From: Cenarchaeum sp.
GTDB lineage: Archaea; Thermoproteota; Nitrososphaeria; Nitrososphaerales; Nitrosopumilaceae
Length of the DNA: 64,000 nt
Direction of reading: 5' to 3'
Assembly: GCA_965242695.1 (NCBI GenBank)
Contig: CBDESU010000001.1
Coordinates: 320,001-384,000, forward strand
Part shown: piece after piece, positions 17,813 through 27,001 of the stretch
Position numbering within the stretch: the stretch's first letter is position 1
Layout: the number at the start of each line of letters is the position of its first letter
Made by a program: the position numbers and the translations under genes
Notes under the pieces: generated by a model
Told to the model about the DNA's origin: nothing
Seen by the model: only the letters and a program-made list of their open reading frames with translations
Database searches by the model: none

Positions 17813-18654
17813 GCGGCCACCGCCGCCGCCGCCGGCGCCGCGGCCCCTGCCCCGGCTCCGATCAGCTCAAACCGCCTTGCAATCTCGACGGCAATAGCGA
17901 GGGGCGCGCCCGAGTCGCACAGGCGCAGGGCCGACCTGCGGAGCGGCTCGGATGCGATCCTCCTGAGGCGGGACGCGGCCTCGGCCTCGGCGCCGGGCGG
18001 AGGCCGGTGCGCGCTGGCGCCGCGGCCCTCCCCGTCCCCCGCGCCGCCGTCCTCCCCGCCGGCGCGCACACGGCCGTCCCCGAGGCACTCGCCTATGCCG
18101 CCGGCCTCCACGAGGACGGCCTCTACGGCAAAGACTGCCCTGCGCGGGCGAAACGTCCGCCTGACCGCAAACGCGGCGCGGACGGCGCCGGACATGTCGG
18201 CCTCGGACGCGCCGATGCCGTACTCGGCGCACGTGCGGTATATGGCAAAGTATGCCACGCAGGGGCGGCGCAGGGCCGCGCCGGCGGCGCGCCTGCCGCG
18301 CACCATACGGGCGATGTGGGCGGCCCTGCGGCAGCACGCCGGCGGCAGCGACAGCAGGCCGCACGCGCGCTGGAGCATCGCATCGAACGGGTCGCGCGCG
18401 CCCTCTAGCATGCGCCGGTGCCGCCTCGAGCGCAGCACCGACGGGGGCGATATGTCGCGCGTGCCGACGGCGTCCTCGTTGTCGACGCGCACCCTGGCGG
18501 CGAGCAGCCCGCTCTCCGCCCGCCCGCCCTGCGCGGCGCCGTCGTCGGGCAGGCGCTCCTCGTGGACCGTCCCGCACGACGAGCACACCCGCTCGTGGCC
18601 GTCGACTAGCATGCGGGGGCGCAGGCAGCACGGCGGCCTGCCGGACGGGGTCAT
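17809..18654 (-). CDS. Divergent TFB/TFIIB-like protein (Zn ribbon + one cyclin-fold repeat)
   Basis: N-terminal CC-x-LVDGHERVCSSCGTV ribbon, then LQRACGLLSLP...AAHIAR...VAYFAIYRTC cyclin-like helices. Confidence 0.65.
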   Translation of the reverse strand: MTPSGRPPCCLRPRMLVDGHERVCSSCGTVHEERLPDDGAAQGGRAESGLLAARVRVDNEDAVGTRDISPPSVLRSRRHRRMLEGARDPFDAMLQRACGLLSLPPACCRRAAHIARMVRGRRAAGAALRRPCVAYFAIYRTCAEYGIGASEADMSGAVRAAFAVRRTFRPRRAVFAVEAVLVEAGGIGECLGDGRVRAGGEDGGAGDGEGRGASAHRPPPGAEAEAASRLRRIASEPLRRSALRLCDSGAPLAIAVEIARRFELIGAGAGAAAPAAAAVAA

Positions 18655-18920
18655 GCGCCGGCTGCGCCTCCACCGGGGCTGCCGGCCGCGGCGCCGCCGG
18701 CCCGGCCGCGGCCATACCTGGGCCCGATGCGCAGGAGCGCCCCGCAGCACGGGCAGGCCCTCGACGAGGTCTCGAAGAACATGTCGCACCTGCGGCAGCG
18801 CCTGAGGCCGCGCCCGTACGGGTCGCTGTTGAGCGGCTCCCTCGTGCCGGACAGCTCGCAGAGGGCCTTGCAGACGTTCAAGGGCGCCGCGCCCCCTGTG
18901 CCGCGCCCGTCACGACGCAT
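18651..18920 (-). CDS. Small Cys-rich zinc-finger protein
   Basis: CKALC...YGRGLRRCRRCDMFF...CPCCGALLR, a pattern typical of small thaumarchaeal Zn-finger proteins. Confidence 0.7.
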   Translation of the reverse strand: MRRDGRGTGGAAPLNVCKALCELSGTREPLNSDPYGRGLRRCRRCDMFFETSSRACPCCGALLRIGPRYGRGRAGGAAAGSPGGGAAGA

Positions 18921-19107
18921 CCCTCCCGTACACGTAGACGTACCGCTGCCCCGTGCTGCGCATGGACAGGTAGATCGAGTTGACGGCATCGTAGACGTCC
19001 TCGTTGCCGCAGGCGCACCGGCCGCAGCCCGTTCCCGCGCAGCCGTCGGGGGCGCCGAGGCTGTCGAGGATCGCCTTTATCTGGCGCTGGGTAAACTTTT
19101 GAGCCAC
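18910..19107 (-). CDS. Small Cys-containing hypothetical protein
   Basis: 65-aa protein-like ORF overlapping the next gene in the operon. Confidence 0.55.
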   Translation of the reverse strand: MAQKFTQRQIKAILDSLGAPDGCAGTGCGRCACGNEDVYDAVNSIYLSMRSTGQRYVYVYGRDAS

Positions 19108-19516
19108 TAGCGGCTCGCCCCCCTGAAGGCGCGCGCCGCGCCTGTGCGGGCCGCCGGAGCGGCCGCCGCCGTCCGGCAGGCGCGCGCCCGCGGCTCGTCG
19201 TGCGGGCGTGCCATATTGGATGGGAAATCATCGTACGGTATTTATGGGTACCCTACGGTTAAGGGGCGAAGGGTGACCGGCTAGCGGACGGCGCGCCGGC
19301 GCCGCCGCCGCGTGCGGGTCTTCAGCAGTGCCGCCCTGGATGTCCTGTCATATGTCGTTGGCCAGGGCGGCGCCGTCGTGCGAGGGCTGCCGCATGCAGG
19401 GCTGGCCTGCCGGCAGGCGCCGGCGGCCCTGCCGCAGACCGGGAGCTCCACGGCAGATGCTGGATGCGGCACGGGGCCTCGGCACGGTTAATAAGGCCGC
19501 CGGCGCGAATGCCGCC

Positions 19517-20026
19517 GTGCGGCCGTACACGATGAAGACGCCGAGATGTGCGATTGACAACCTCGGCGCTAGGCTGTACGACGGAGTGTCCGATGTCATA
19601 GCCGAGGCCGTCTCCAACTCGCACGACGCCGATGCCGAGCACGTAATGGTGCGGATCCCGGCGGGCAAAGCGCTGGCTACGCGCAAGCGGGGCGGCGCGG
19701 TCGTCGATCGTAGCCTCGCGATCGTTGCCGCGGACGACGACCACGGAATTACGCGCGAGGAGGCCGACGGCTTCTGCCTGGACGCCATTGATGAATTCCC
19801 CGGGGAGGACAAGGGCGTGGCACTGGGCGCGGACGGATGCCGCCTGACGCCGATCTGCGACACGGTGAACCTTGAAGGACCGGCGGGCGACTCCCTCAAG
19901 TACAGGACCGAGCACGGGCAGCTTGCAAGGAAGACGTGGGTGGAGCTCCTGCCAGGGGCCGGGAATGCCTGCGAGGACTTCATCAGGTTCAGGGACGAAT
20001 CGGCGGGTGCCGGTGACTCGGGATGA
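19517..20026 (+). pseudogene. Internally deleted GHKL (HATPase) restriction-associated gene
   Basis: IDNLGARLYDGVSDVIAEAVSNSHDADA and DDDHGIT match the N-terminus of the intact 21254..23257 protein, and KTWVELL...EDF matches its C-terminus. The stop overlaps the methylase ATG. Confidence 0.7.
19536..19571. repeat. 36-bp direct repeat, copy 1
   Basis: AGACGCCGAGATGTGCGATTGACAACCTCGGCGCTA, identical at 35322-35357. Confidence 0.92.
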
Positions 20027-21159
20027 GGGCGGCGCATCCCCCCCGGCGCCGCCCGACCACGGCACGCGCAGGGCGGGGATCAAGGGAGGCGCGCGGGTAT
20101 CCGCTGGTCGACATGTTTGCCGGGGCGGGCTGCGCATCACTGGGGTTCCGGCGGGAGGGCTTTGACGTGGTCGCGGCACTGGAGATAGACCGCAGGCGCT
20201 GCGACGTCTACGAAAGGAACATCGGCCTGAGGCCCGTCCAGAAGGATGCGATGGATGCGACGGGCGCCGAGATGCTCAGGGCCGCCGGCCTGCGCAGGGG
20301 ATCGAGGTTCTGCATGGTCGGCTGCCCACCGTGCCAGTCGTTCAGCAAGCTCTCGGACACGAGAGGGGTCGGCGCCGCTAGCGATCCGCGAAGCCGCCTC
20401 GTGTCCAAGTTCGGAAGCCTGGTTGGCGAGATGAGGCCGTCCGCCGCCGTCTTTGAGAACGTGGCGTGGATGGCGAGCGGGCCCGGCAAGGCGTTCCTAG
20501 ACGGCTACGTCGAGGTGCTGGAGGGTGCAGGTTACTGCACGGTGACCAAAACGATAAACGCCAGCCGGACGGGCGTTCCGCAGAACCGGAAGAGGATCAT
20601 TGCGGTGTCTGTGAAGAAGCGCCTCCTGGATGCAGGGCGGGCGGCACTGCTGGACAAGTTCGACGAGGCGGAGCCGGCCGAGCGCAGGACGGTACGTGAC
20701 GCGCTGTCGGGCCTGGCGCCCCTCCGATCGGGCTGCAAGTCGAGAAGCGACCCGCTGCACTTTGCCAGCGCCCACGGAGACAGGGTCGCAGAGGTCATAC
20801 AGCACGTGCCGAAGAACGGCGGGAGCCGGAAGGACATACCGCGGCGGCTGTGGCTAGAGTGTCACAAAAGGCTGCGCGGCGGCGCCGAGACGTCGTACGG
20901 GCGCATGTGGTGGGACCGGCCGTCGCCGACGATGACCCGAAGATGCACGTCCCCGGCATGCGGCAGGTTCATCCACCCCTCGCAGAACCGCGGCATCACG
21001 CTGCGCGAGGCGGCGCGCCTGCAGACGATTCCAGACTCGTTCGACTTTGGCGGCAGCACCGCGGCGGCCATAGGGGGAATGATAGGCGATGCCGTCCCCG
21101 TGGACCTGGCGGCGTGGATTGCGAGGAGGCTGCTGGACGTGCTCCCGCCGGCCCGCTAG
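20023..21159 (+). CDS. dcm: DNA (cytosine-5)-methyltransferase
   Basis: Motifs DMFAGAG, GCPPCQSFS, FENV, PQNRKR, REAARLQT and IGDAVP. Confidence 0.95.
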   Translation: MRAAHPPRRRPTTARAGRGSREARGYPLVDMFAGAGCASLGFRREGFDVVAALEIDRRRCDVYERNIGLRPVQKDAMDATGAEMLRAAGLRRGSRFCMVGCPPCQSFSKLSDTRGVGAASDPRSRLVSKFGSLVGEMRPSAAVFENVAWMASGPGKAFLDGYVEVLEGAGYCTVTKTINASRTGVPQNRKRIIAVSVKKRLLDAGRAALLDKFDEAEPAERRTVRDALSGLAPLRSGCKSRSDPLHFASAHGDRVAEVIQHVPKNGGSRKDIPRRLWLECHKRLRGGAETSYGRMWWDRPSPTMTRRCTSPACGRFIHPSQNRGITLREAARLQTIPDSFDFGGSTAAAIGGMIGDAVPVDLAAWIARRLLDVLPPAR

Positions 21160-21253
21160 ATGGGGGTGCACAGGGGTGCGATCTTCTGTATCGCTGGCTG
21201 TTCGACATGGCCGCGGGTCGCAGCGTGCGGGCGGTGCGCCGCCGCATGCGCCG

Positions 21254-23257
21254 TCATCCCTGATCTGCGCTGTCGAGGTCTGCCATGCGCGGGTCGTCGC
21301 CTGGAGCGCGTTTTTTCATGGCGCTGTAAAAGTCCTTGTGCTCGTTCTTCGCTGTGCGTAGTAGCGCATCCCATGTGGTTACGGTGATCCCCGCTGCGGC
21401 GGCCCTGTCGCGAAGCCCTTCGGTGTCGTCAGCGAATTTGGAACCGATCAGGTACCCGAAGAACGTCTTTTTGTCTTCTTTCTTGGTGGTCTTGGCGTTT
21501 TCATTGGTGAAAAAGTCGATGTAGTCCTCCAGCTGGCGTATCCCTTTGCGGCCTATCGTTACTCCTGGCCGCTTGATTTCTATCACAAAGGCCCTGCCGA
21601 GCTCGCCCATGCAGAAAAAGTCGGGCCGCATCTTCCCTGCGCGCGCCTTCGATCCTGCCCCGAACTTCTCCCTTAGAGTCTTATCCAGCGTCTGTTCGTG
21701 GACCAGTCCTGCGTAGGAGGGGCTGATCAGCCACGGGTGGTTCTTGAGATGGCGCTGCATGTCTGGCACCTCCCTGGCCCCTTTCCTGATCATCTCTTCG
21801 AACTTGGATATGATCTTTAGCCGCGTCTGCACTATCTGTGCTAGCGATACTGCCTCCACGACCTGAAAGTCCGACAGTATCTCGTACATCATGGCCTGCG
21901 CATGCGGCTCGAGCGAGGATATTCTGCCTATCATGTCGGTGAGGCGGCGGTTTTCGTAGACGTCGATGAACGATCGGGCCAGCTCGTTCAGTCGCCTGTC
22001 TTCGATCGTCTCGATCGACGCCATCTTGTGTATTACGGACTGGATCTCCTTCCTGTCCCTGCTAGGAAACTTCTTGATCCTGTCCATGAACGGCGCATCC
22101 CGCTTGATCTTCTCGATCCGAACCCTCCCTCTCTCCTCCGCCCACCTGCGGAGGACCTCGGCAACCCTGTGTTGCCCCCATTCCAGCAGCTTGGCCGGCC
22201 TGCCCTGGGACCACAGTACGCCTCCCCTGTTGGTCGTCACGTAGTCGGTCTTTTCGTCTAGGAAGTCCGCCTCGATCTCGCCCGTCATGTACTGCATGCC
22301 GTGCTGGCCGTACATCCCGCCCGTCACCTCGAAGAACCACGGCTCCTGGACCATCTTGCCGCGCGACATGACCGATATGCCCCTCATGGCCGGCTCCTTG
22401 ATCGGCTTTTCCGTAAGGCCGATCCAGTACGCGATGCGGCCCGCGCCCCTGACCGCAGTGTGGGCCCTCCCGTCTCGCGTCGCCTCGCCCTCGAAGTGGT
22501 GCCTATCGTCGGGGAAGCGCAACTGGAACGTGCCCGGATTCCTCTTGATTTGACTGCCGTTTATGGTGATCGTGAACCTGTCAGACACCACGGAGAATCG
22601 CCGCGACATGGATGCGACAAACTGCTTCTCCGGTATCTGCCTGTCTAGGGTCAGCCCCGTAAGGCGCACCGTCGTGCCGTTGCGCTCGCCCGTCGCGGCG
22701 TCCGACTCGGAATCGACGACGTACTCTTCGCCGTGGTCCAGCTTGTCGATGGCCGAGTAGTCTAGCACAAACCTGGTCCTCCTGCCGCCGCGAACGGTCG
22801 TCACCTCCACCTTGGTCGCGATGCCGAAGCCGGCAAGCTTGCCAAGCCCCTTGTGCGCCATCCTCTTGCGCCTGCCGGCAGTGAGGTCGCCATCCTCCTC
22901 CCTCGCGTCCCTGCCGATCACCATGTACTTGGAATTGCAGTCGACCCACTCCATCCCTTCGCCGTCGTCGGACACGGTGATCTCGTCCCTGCCACGGATG
23001 CCCCTGCCTAGCGGAATGTCCACGCTGACGCGCGAGGCATCCGCGTCCCATGCGTTGGCAATGAGCTCCGCTATGGCGGGAACCGGCCCCGAGTACATCT
23101 GGAGGCCCAGGTGCCGCACGATCCTTCCGGCATACTTCATGGTCAGCTTGCGGCGCCGCACGGCCCCGCTGTCAAGTCCGACTATTACTGTCTTCCGCCC
23201 TGATCCGGATGCGGGTCCGCCCTTGTTCGCGCTAGGCGCCCGCAATCGGGACGGCAT
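21254..23257 (-). CDS. GHKL/MORC-type ATPase fused to a PD-(D/E)xK endonuclease
   Basis: AELIANAWDADA, DDGEGM, HKGLGKLA, NGTTV. C-terminal RPDFF...IEIKRP. Start trimmed from the 798-aa ORF. Confidence 0.88.
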   Translation of the reverse strand: MPSRLRAPSANKGGPASGSGRKTVIVGLDSGAVRRRKLTMKYAGRIVRHLGLQMYSGPVPAIAELIANAWDADASRVSVDIPLGRGIRGRDEITVSDDGEGMEWVDCNSKYMVIGRDAREEDGDLTAGRRKRMAHKGLGKLAGFGIATKVEVTTVRGGRRTRFVLDYSAIDKLDHGEEYVVDSESDAATGERNGTTVRLTGLTLDRQIPEKQFVASMSRRFSVVSDRFTITINGSQIKRNPGTFQLRFPDDRHHFEGEATRDGRAHTAVRGAGRIAYWIGLTEKPIKEPAMRGISVMSRGKMVQEPWFFEVTGGMYGQHGMQYMTGEIEADFLDEKTDYVTTNRGGVLWSQGRPAKLLEWGQHRVAEVLRRWAEERGRVRIEKIKRDAPFMDRIKKFPSRDRKEIQSVIHKMASIETIEDRRLNELARSFIDVYENRRLTDMIGRISSLEPHAQAMMYEILSDFQVVEAVSLAQIVQTRLKIISKFEEMIRKGAREVPDMQRHLKNHPWLISPSYAGLVHEQTLDKTLREKFGAGSKARAGKMRPDFFCMGELGRAFVIEIKRPGVTIGRKGIRQLEDYIDFFTNENAKTTKKEDKKTFFGYLIGSKFADDTEGLRDRAAAAGITVTTWDALLRTAKNEHKDFYSAMKKRAPGDDPRMADLDSADQG

Positions 23258-23390
23258 GCCGCGGCGCCGCACGGCCGGCAGTCGGGCGGACGGGGATCCC
23301 TCCAGGCTAGGCATGGCCTGCGGAGCAGGAGACGTGGGGGCGCTTGGCTCGGTACGCCGCCCGGGGGCGCCGCCCGTCGCACTGCCAAAC

Positions 23391-23762
23391 TCACGAGGCG
23401 TTGCGGGCGGCGTCGAGTGCGCCGCGGGCGGCATCCATGGCACGGCGGGAGTCGGCATCAGATGCGTCGGCATCCAGGGCGCGCCGGGCGGCATCCAGGG
23501 CGCGCCGGGCTGCATCGGCAATCTCGACTGCGGCGTCGAGTGCGCCGCGGGCATCGTCGGCGGCATCGTCGTTCCGCGTAGAATCCAAGGCGCGCCGCGC
23601 ACCTTCGTTGAAGGGACGCAGCTTGGCAAGCGCCGCGGCGTCGGCGGCAAGCGCCGCGGCGGCTCGGGCTAGATCGGCGGCGGCGTTGCGGGCGCGCCGG
23701 GCGTCGGCACCGGCAGCGTCGCGGGACGAAACGAGATTTGCGACTGCCTCGGCGGCATCCAT
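23391..23762 (-). CDS. Small Ala/Asp/Arg-rich helical repeat protein
   Basis: Repeated ARRALDA motif. TTAAGTA box about 25 bp upstream. Confidence 0.5.
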   Translation of the reverse strand: MDAAEAVANLVSSRDAAGADARRARNAAADLARAAAALAADAAALAKLRPFNEGARRALDSTRNDDAADDARGALDAAVEIADAARRALDAARRALDADASDADSRRAMDAARGALDAARNAS

Positions 23763-24074
23763 GGCGCGCGCCCGCGGCGCCTGCTACTTAATCTATCCGG
23801 CGCGTCAACACATGCTCGCGGCTCTGCCGGCGTGCGCCCACTGCCGCATCTGGCCAGCGCGCCCGCGGCGTGCGCCCCTGTCGCCGCAGGGGTAGGCTCT
23901 CAAAATCCGCAGCCTGCAGGTTGTCCCGTCTAATGTGCCGCAGGGCGCGCAGACTGCCGCGACATGGCCTCGCCGCCGGATCCCGCGGCACGGGTGCATG
24001 CGAGCGGCGGGATGGCCCTGCACTGTGCGGTGGGTATTCAACACTGTTATAGCCACGTGCTTTCTTGCCCCGGC

Positions 24075-26225
24075 GTGCAGTCGCTCGGAATCGCAATGTT
24101 GCTGGCCGCCGCTATCATGGCCGCGATCGCCGCGGTGACGGGCGGTGTGGCGCATGCGGCTCACGACGACCCGACTATGCCCCATTGGCTACAGCCGGGC
24201 ATGTTCGCCGTGGCGGACACCAACAACCACCGCATCCAGGTGTTCCACCCGGACGGCACGTTCGCGTTCGCGTTCGGGTCGTACGGGGGCGGCCCGGGGG
24301 AGTTTGACTCCCCCGTCGACGTCACCATCGGCCCCGACGGCCGCATCGCCGTGGCCGATGTCAACAACCACCGCATCCAGGTGTTCCACCCGGACGGCAC
24401 GTTCGCGTTCGCGTTCGGGTCGTACGGGGGCGGCCCGGGGGAGTTTGCCGCACCCGTCGGCGTCGCCATCGGCCCCGACGGCCGCATCGCCGTGGCCGAC
24501 GCCGACCATCGTCGCATCCGGGTGTTCCACCCGGACGGCACGTTCGCGTTCGCGTTCGGGTCGTACGGAGTGGGCCAGAGACAGTTCATCTCCCCCGTCG
24601 ACGTCGCCATCGGCCCCGACGGCCGCATCGCCGTGGCAGACCCCGGTAAATTCGATGCCCAGGTATTCCATCCCAATGGCACGTTCGCGTTCGCAATCTA
24701 CCGTGGAGGGGGCCCCGAGCCATACCTGCCGGATGGCATAGCGTTTGGCCCCGACGGCCGCATTGCCCTGACCGCCTACCTCCATGGGTACATTAGCTTG
24801 TTCCACCCCAACGGCACCGAGCGCCCGACCGCGTATGGCGAAATAGGGACTTGGTACCCGTTTGGCGACGTAGTCGACGTCGCCATCGGCCCCGACGGTC
24901 GCACGGCCCTAGTCGATACCCGCAACCACGCCATTGCGGTATCCCATCCCAACGGCACGTTCGCGTTCGCGTTCGGGTCGTACGGGGGCGGCCCGGGGGA
25001 GTTTGACTCCCCCTCGGGCGTTGCAGTCAGGCACCGCGCGCCCCCCGCTGTGGCCCCTGCGCCGGTAATTGTTGTCGAGCCGGGCGGCTCACCAGGCGGG
25101 CCTTACAACTTTACCGCCGTCGGGGATGCGGCGAACCTGGCCATCAATGTAGTCGGGCTTGCGGGTCAGGGTGCCCAGCCGCCAGGCGGCCGGGGCGAGA
25201 TCACCGTGACGTTCCCTCCGTCCGAAACCGATGTGGTCACGTCGTTCGCATCGGTCTCTTTCCCGCCCGGCGTGACGGCCACGCACGTGCCGGCTGACGG
25301 CCTGCTCGTCCTTCGAACGTCGGACAAGGTTCCGGCGGATGCGCAGGTGCAGGGCGGCCTTGCGTACGACGGGTCCGGCCGCGTCGCGTTGCAGAGGGTC
25401 GTCGAGGTCGGCGGCGGGCCGTCCCGCATCATATTCGACCAGCCTGTTCGGATACTGCTGGAGGGGCAGGGCGGCGGCAGGGCATTCTACATAGACGGCG
25501 CGGCCGGACCCGGCGGCGGTTGCGTCGAGTTCGCCGGGCAGGCCGACGGCAGGGCATCCTGCATCGATGGCACGATTGGCAAGATCGTGCCCATTGATGG
25601 GGCTTGCGCTGCAGACGACGCGGGCAGGGTGCACCGGCAGATGGGCGGCAGCGGCGAGTGCCAAATGGACTCCGCGGGCGGCGGCAAGGTCATCTACACG
25701 TACCACCTCACCCTGTTCGGCACCGCGTTGCCCGAGAATGCGGTCCCTCCGCCCGCGACATACACGTGTGCGGCGGGCATCGGTGCGGTGGACCTGGACA
25801 TGCGCGCGGCCCCGGGCGAGTATTCGCCGGCCGTGCGGCAGGCGCTGATCAACGCGGGATCATTGCCGTTTGCGCATGTCGAGATTGCAGCGTCCCCGTG
25901 GCGCGCCGGCCCCGTCGCCGGCACACCGCAGGGCGCGACTCCCGCGTCACTCCCAGCTCTCATCGACGGTGAGGGCGAGGGCCGGGCGCCGGACCTCTCG
26001 AGATCGAGCGCTACCGCATCGCTGCCGCCCGGTGCAACCGAAGTGGGAGAGCAGGGTCCCGGCGGCGAATACGCGGCAATTGGCAACGGGGCGACGGTGG
26101 CACGCGGGCTAGGCGGTGGAGATGTCGCGCCACTGTGGTTCAGGCTAAACCTTACACCGTACGGAGAAATACGCGGAATCAACCTCGTCCAGCATATCAC
26201 GTACCAGGCCCTGTGCATGCAGTAG
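24075..26225 (+). CDS. Secreted NHL-repeat beta-propeller protein with the shared C-terminal module
   Basis: Signal peptide ..AHA. 47-aa repeats AVADxxNHRIQVFHPDGTFAFAFGSYGGGPGEF (141-bp DNA repeats). C-terminus homologous to that of the 1832-aa protein. Confidence 0.9.
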   Translation: MQSLGIAMLLAAAIMAAIAAVTGGVAHAAHDDPTMPHWLQPGMFAVADTNNHRIQVFHPDGTFAFAFGSYGGGPGEFDSPVDVTIGPDGRIAVADVNNHRIQVFHPDGTFAFAFGSYGGGPGEFAAPVGVAIGPDGRIAVADADHRRIRVFHPDGTFAFAFGSYGVGQRQFISPVDVAIGPDGRIAVADPGKFDAQVFHPNGTFAFAIYRGGGPEPYLPDGIAFGPDGRIALTAYLHGYISLFHPNGTERPTAYGEIGTWYPFGDVVDVAIGPDGRTALVDTRNHAIAVSHPNGTFAFAFGSYGGGPGEFDSPSGVAVRHRAPPAVAPAPVIVVEPGGSPGGPYNFTAVGDAANLAINVVGLAGQGAQPPGGRGEITVTFPPSETDVVTSFASVSFPPGVTATHVPADGLLVLRTSDKVPADAQVQGGLAYDGSGRVALQRVVEVGGGPSRIIFDQPVRILLEGQGGGRAFYIDGAAGPGGGCVEFAGQADGRASCIDGTIGKIVPIDGACAADDAGRVHRQMGGSGECQMDSAGGGKVIYTYHLTLFGTALPENAVPPPATYTCAAGIGAVDLDMRAAPGEYSPAVRQALINAGSLPFAHVEIAASPWRAGPVAGTPQGATPASLPALIDGEGEGRAPDLSRSSATASLPPGATEVGEQGPGGEYAAIGNGATVARGLGGGDVAPLWFRLNLTPYGEIRGINLVQHITYQALCMQ

Positions 26226-26480
26226 CTGTGCGGTTGCGGCGCATGACGCTAGCATTCCTGCCGCGTCACAGCATGCTTGCTACGCCTAGTCGCGATTTCG
26301 CTTGCATTCCATGACCGTCTTGCGTGCAGGCGGACGGTTGCATGCCGCCCCGGCCCGCGGGGTGCGCAAAAGGCTCACCAAGCGGCCCTGCACAGGTGTT
26401 GGTGGCGCATGGTGCGCGCCAGCGGCTGCGAGGAAGGCGGTGTCCGATGAAGCACGCCGGCGCCTTTCCTTGCCCCCGCG

Positions 26481-26906
26481 TCAGGATCTCCGCTCGGCAC
26501 CACGCCTCTCATCGAGCTTTCTTCGCACGCGGCGGGCGCACTTGTCTGGGTTCTTGTGTATGTCGTGCTCCCAGAACCGGAGCACCGACCACCCCTCCCT
26601 CCTGAGCCGCCTCGTGACGTACCTGTCGCGGGCCATGTTGCGTTCGATCTTGTCCCGCCAGTACCTGCCCGCCGGCTTTTTCCTCTCGTGGTACTTGTAG
26701 CCGTGCCAAAAGTCGCCGTCGCAGAACACCGCGATCCTCCTGCGGCGGCTCGCAAAGTCCGGGTTGCCCGTCATTTTTGGGTACATCTCGAACCGGGCGC
26801 CCGACCGGGCCAGCATCTTCTCCATCTTGAGGTCGATCGAGGTGCCCTTGCCGCGTATGCGCGACATGAGCCGCGAGCGTGCCTCGGGGGTGAGCATGTC
26901 GGCCAA
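26481..26906 (-). CDS. vsr: Very short patch repair endonuclease
   Basis: MADMLTPEARSRLMSRIRGKGT, GNPDF, FCDGDFWHG, YWRDKIERN, GWSVLRFWE. Confidence 0.95.
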   Translation of the reverse strand: MADMLTPEARSRLMSRIRGKGTSIDLKMEKMLARSGARFEMYPKMTGNPDFASRRRRIAVFCDGDFWHGYKYHERKKPAGRYWRDKIERNMARDRYVTRRLRREGWSVLRFWEHDIHKNPDKCARRVRRKLDERRGAERRS

Positions 26907-27001
26907 TCAGGCCCCCGTCGGATGCCGCCCCTATTACGCTTGGGGGGGGGGGGCGCCCGAGCTCGCCGTGGTGCAGTTGAGTCTCGCTCCGATGCGCCGG
27001 A

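Larger units (their letters stand above)
11693..19214 (-). mobile_element. Putative transfer/maintenance operon of an integrated conjugative-like element
   Basis: About 10 co-oriented genes with ATGA/GTGA overlaps (14770/73, 16500/03, 17809/12, 18651/54), including VirD4/TraD-like ATPase, ParB-like, prepilin-peptidase-like and TFB-like genes. No integrase or att site seen. Confidence 0.5.

Noticed and set aside
23258-23650. N-terminal extension of the 798-aa ORF
   Set aside because: It is a Pro-rich alternative frame of the small Ala-rich gene. GHKL homology starts further downstream.
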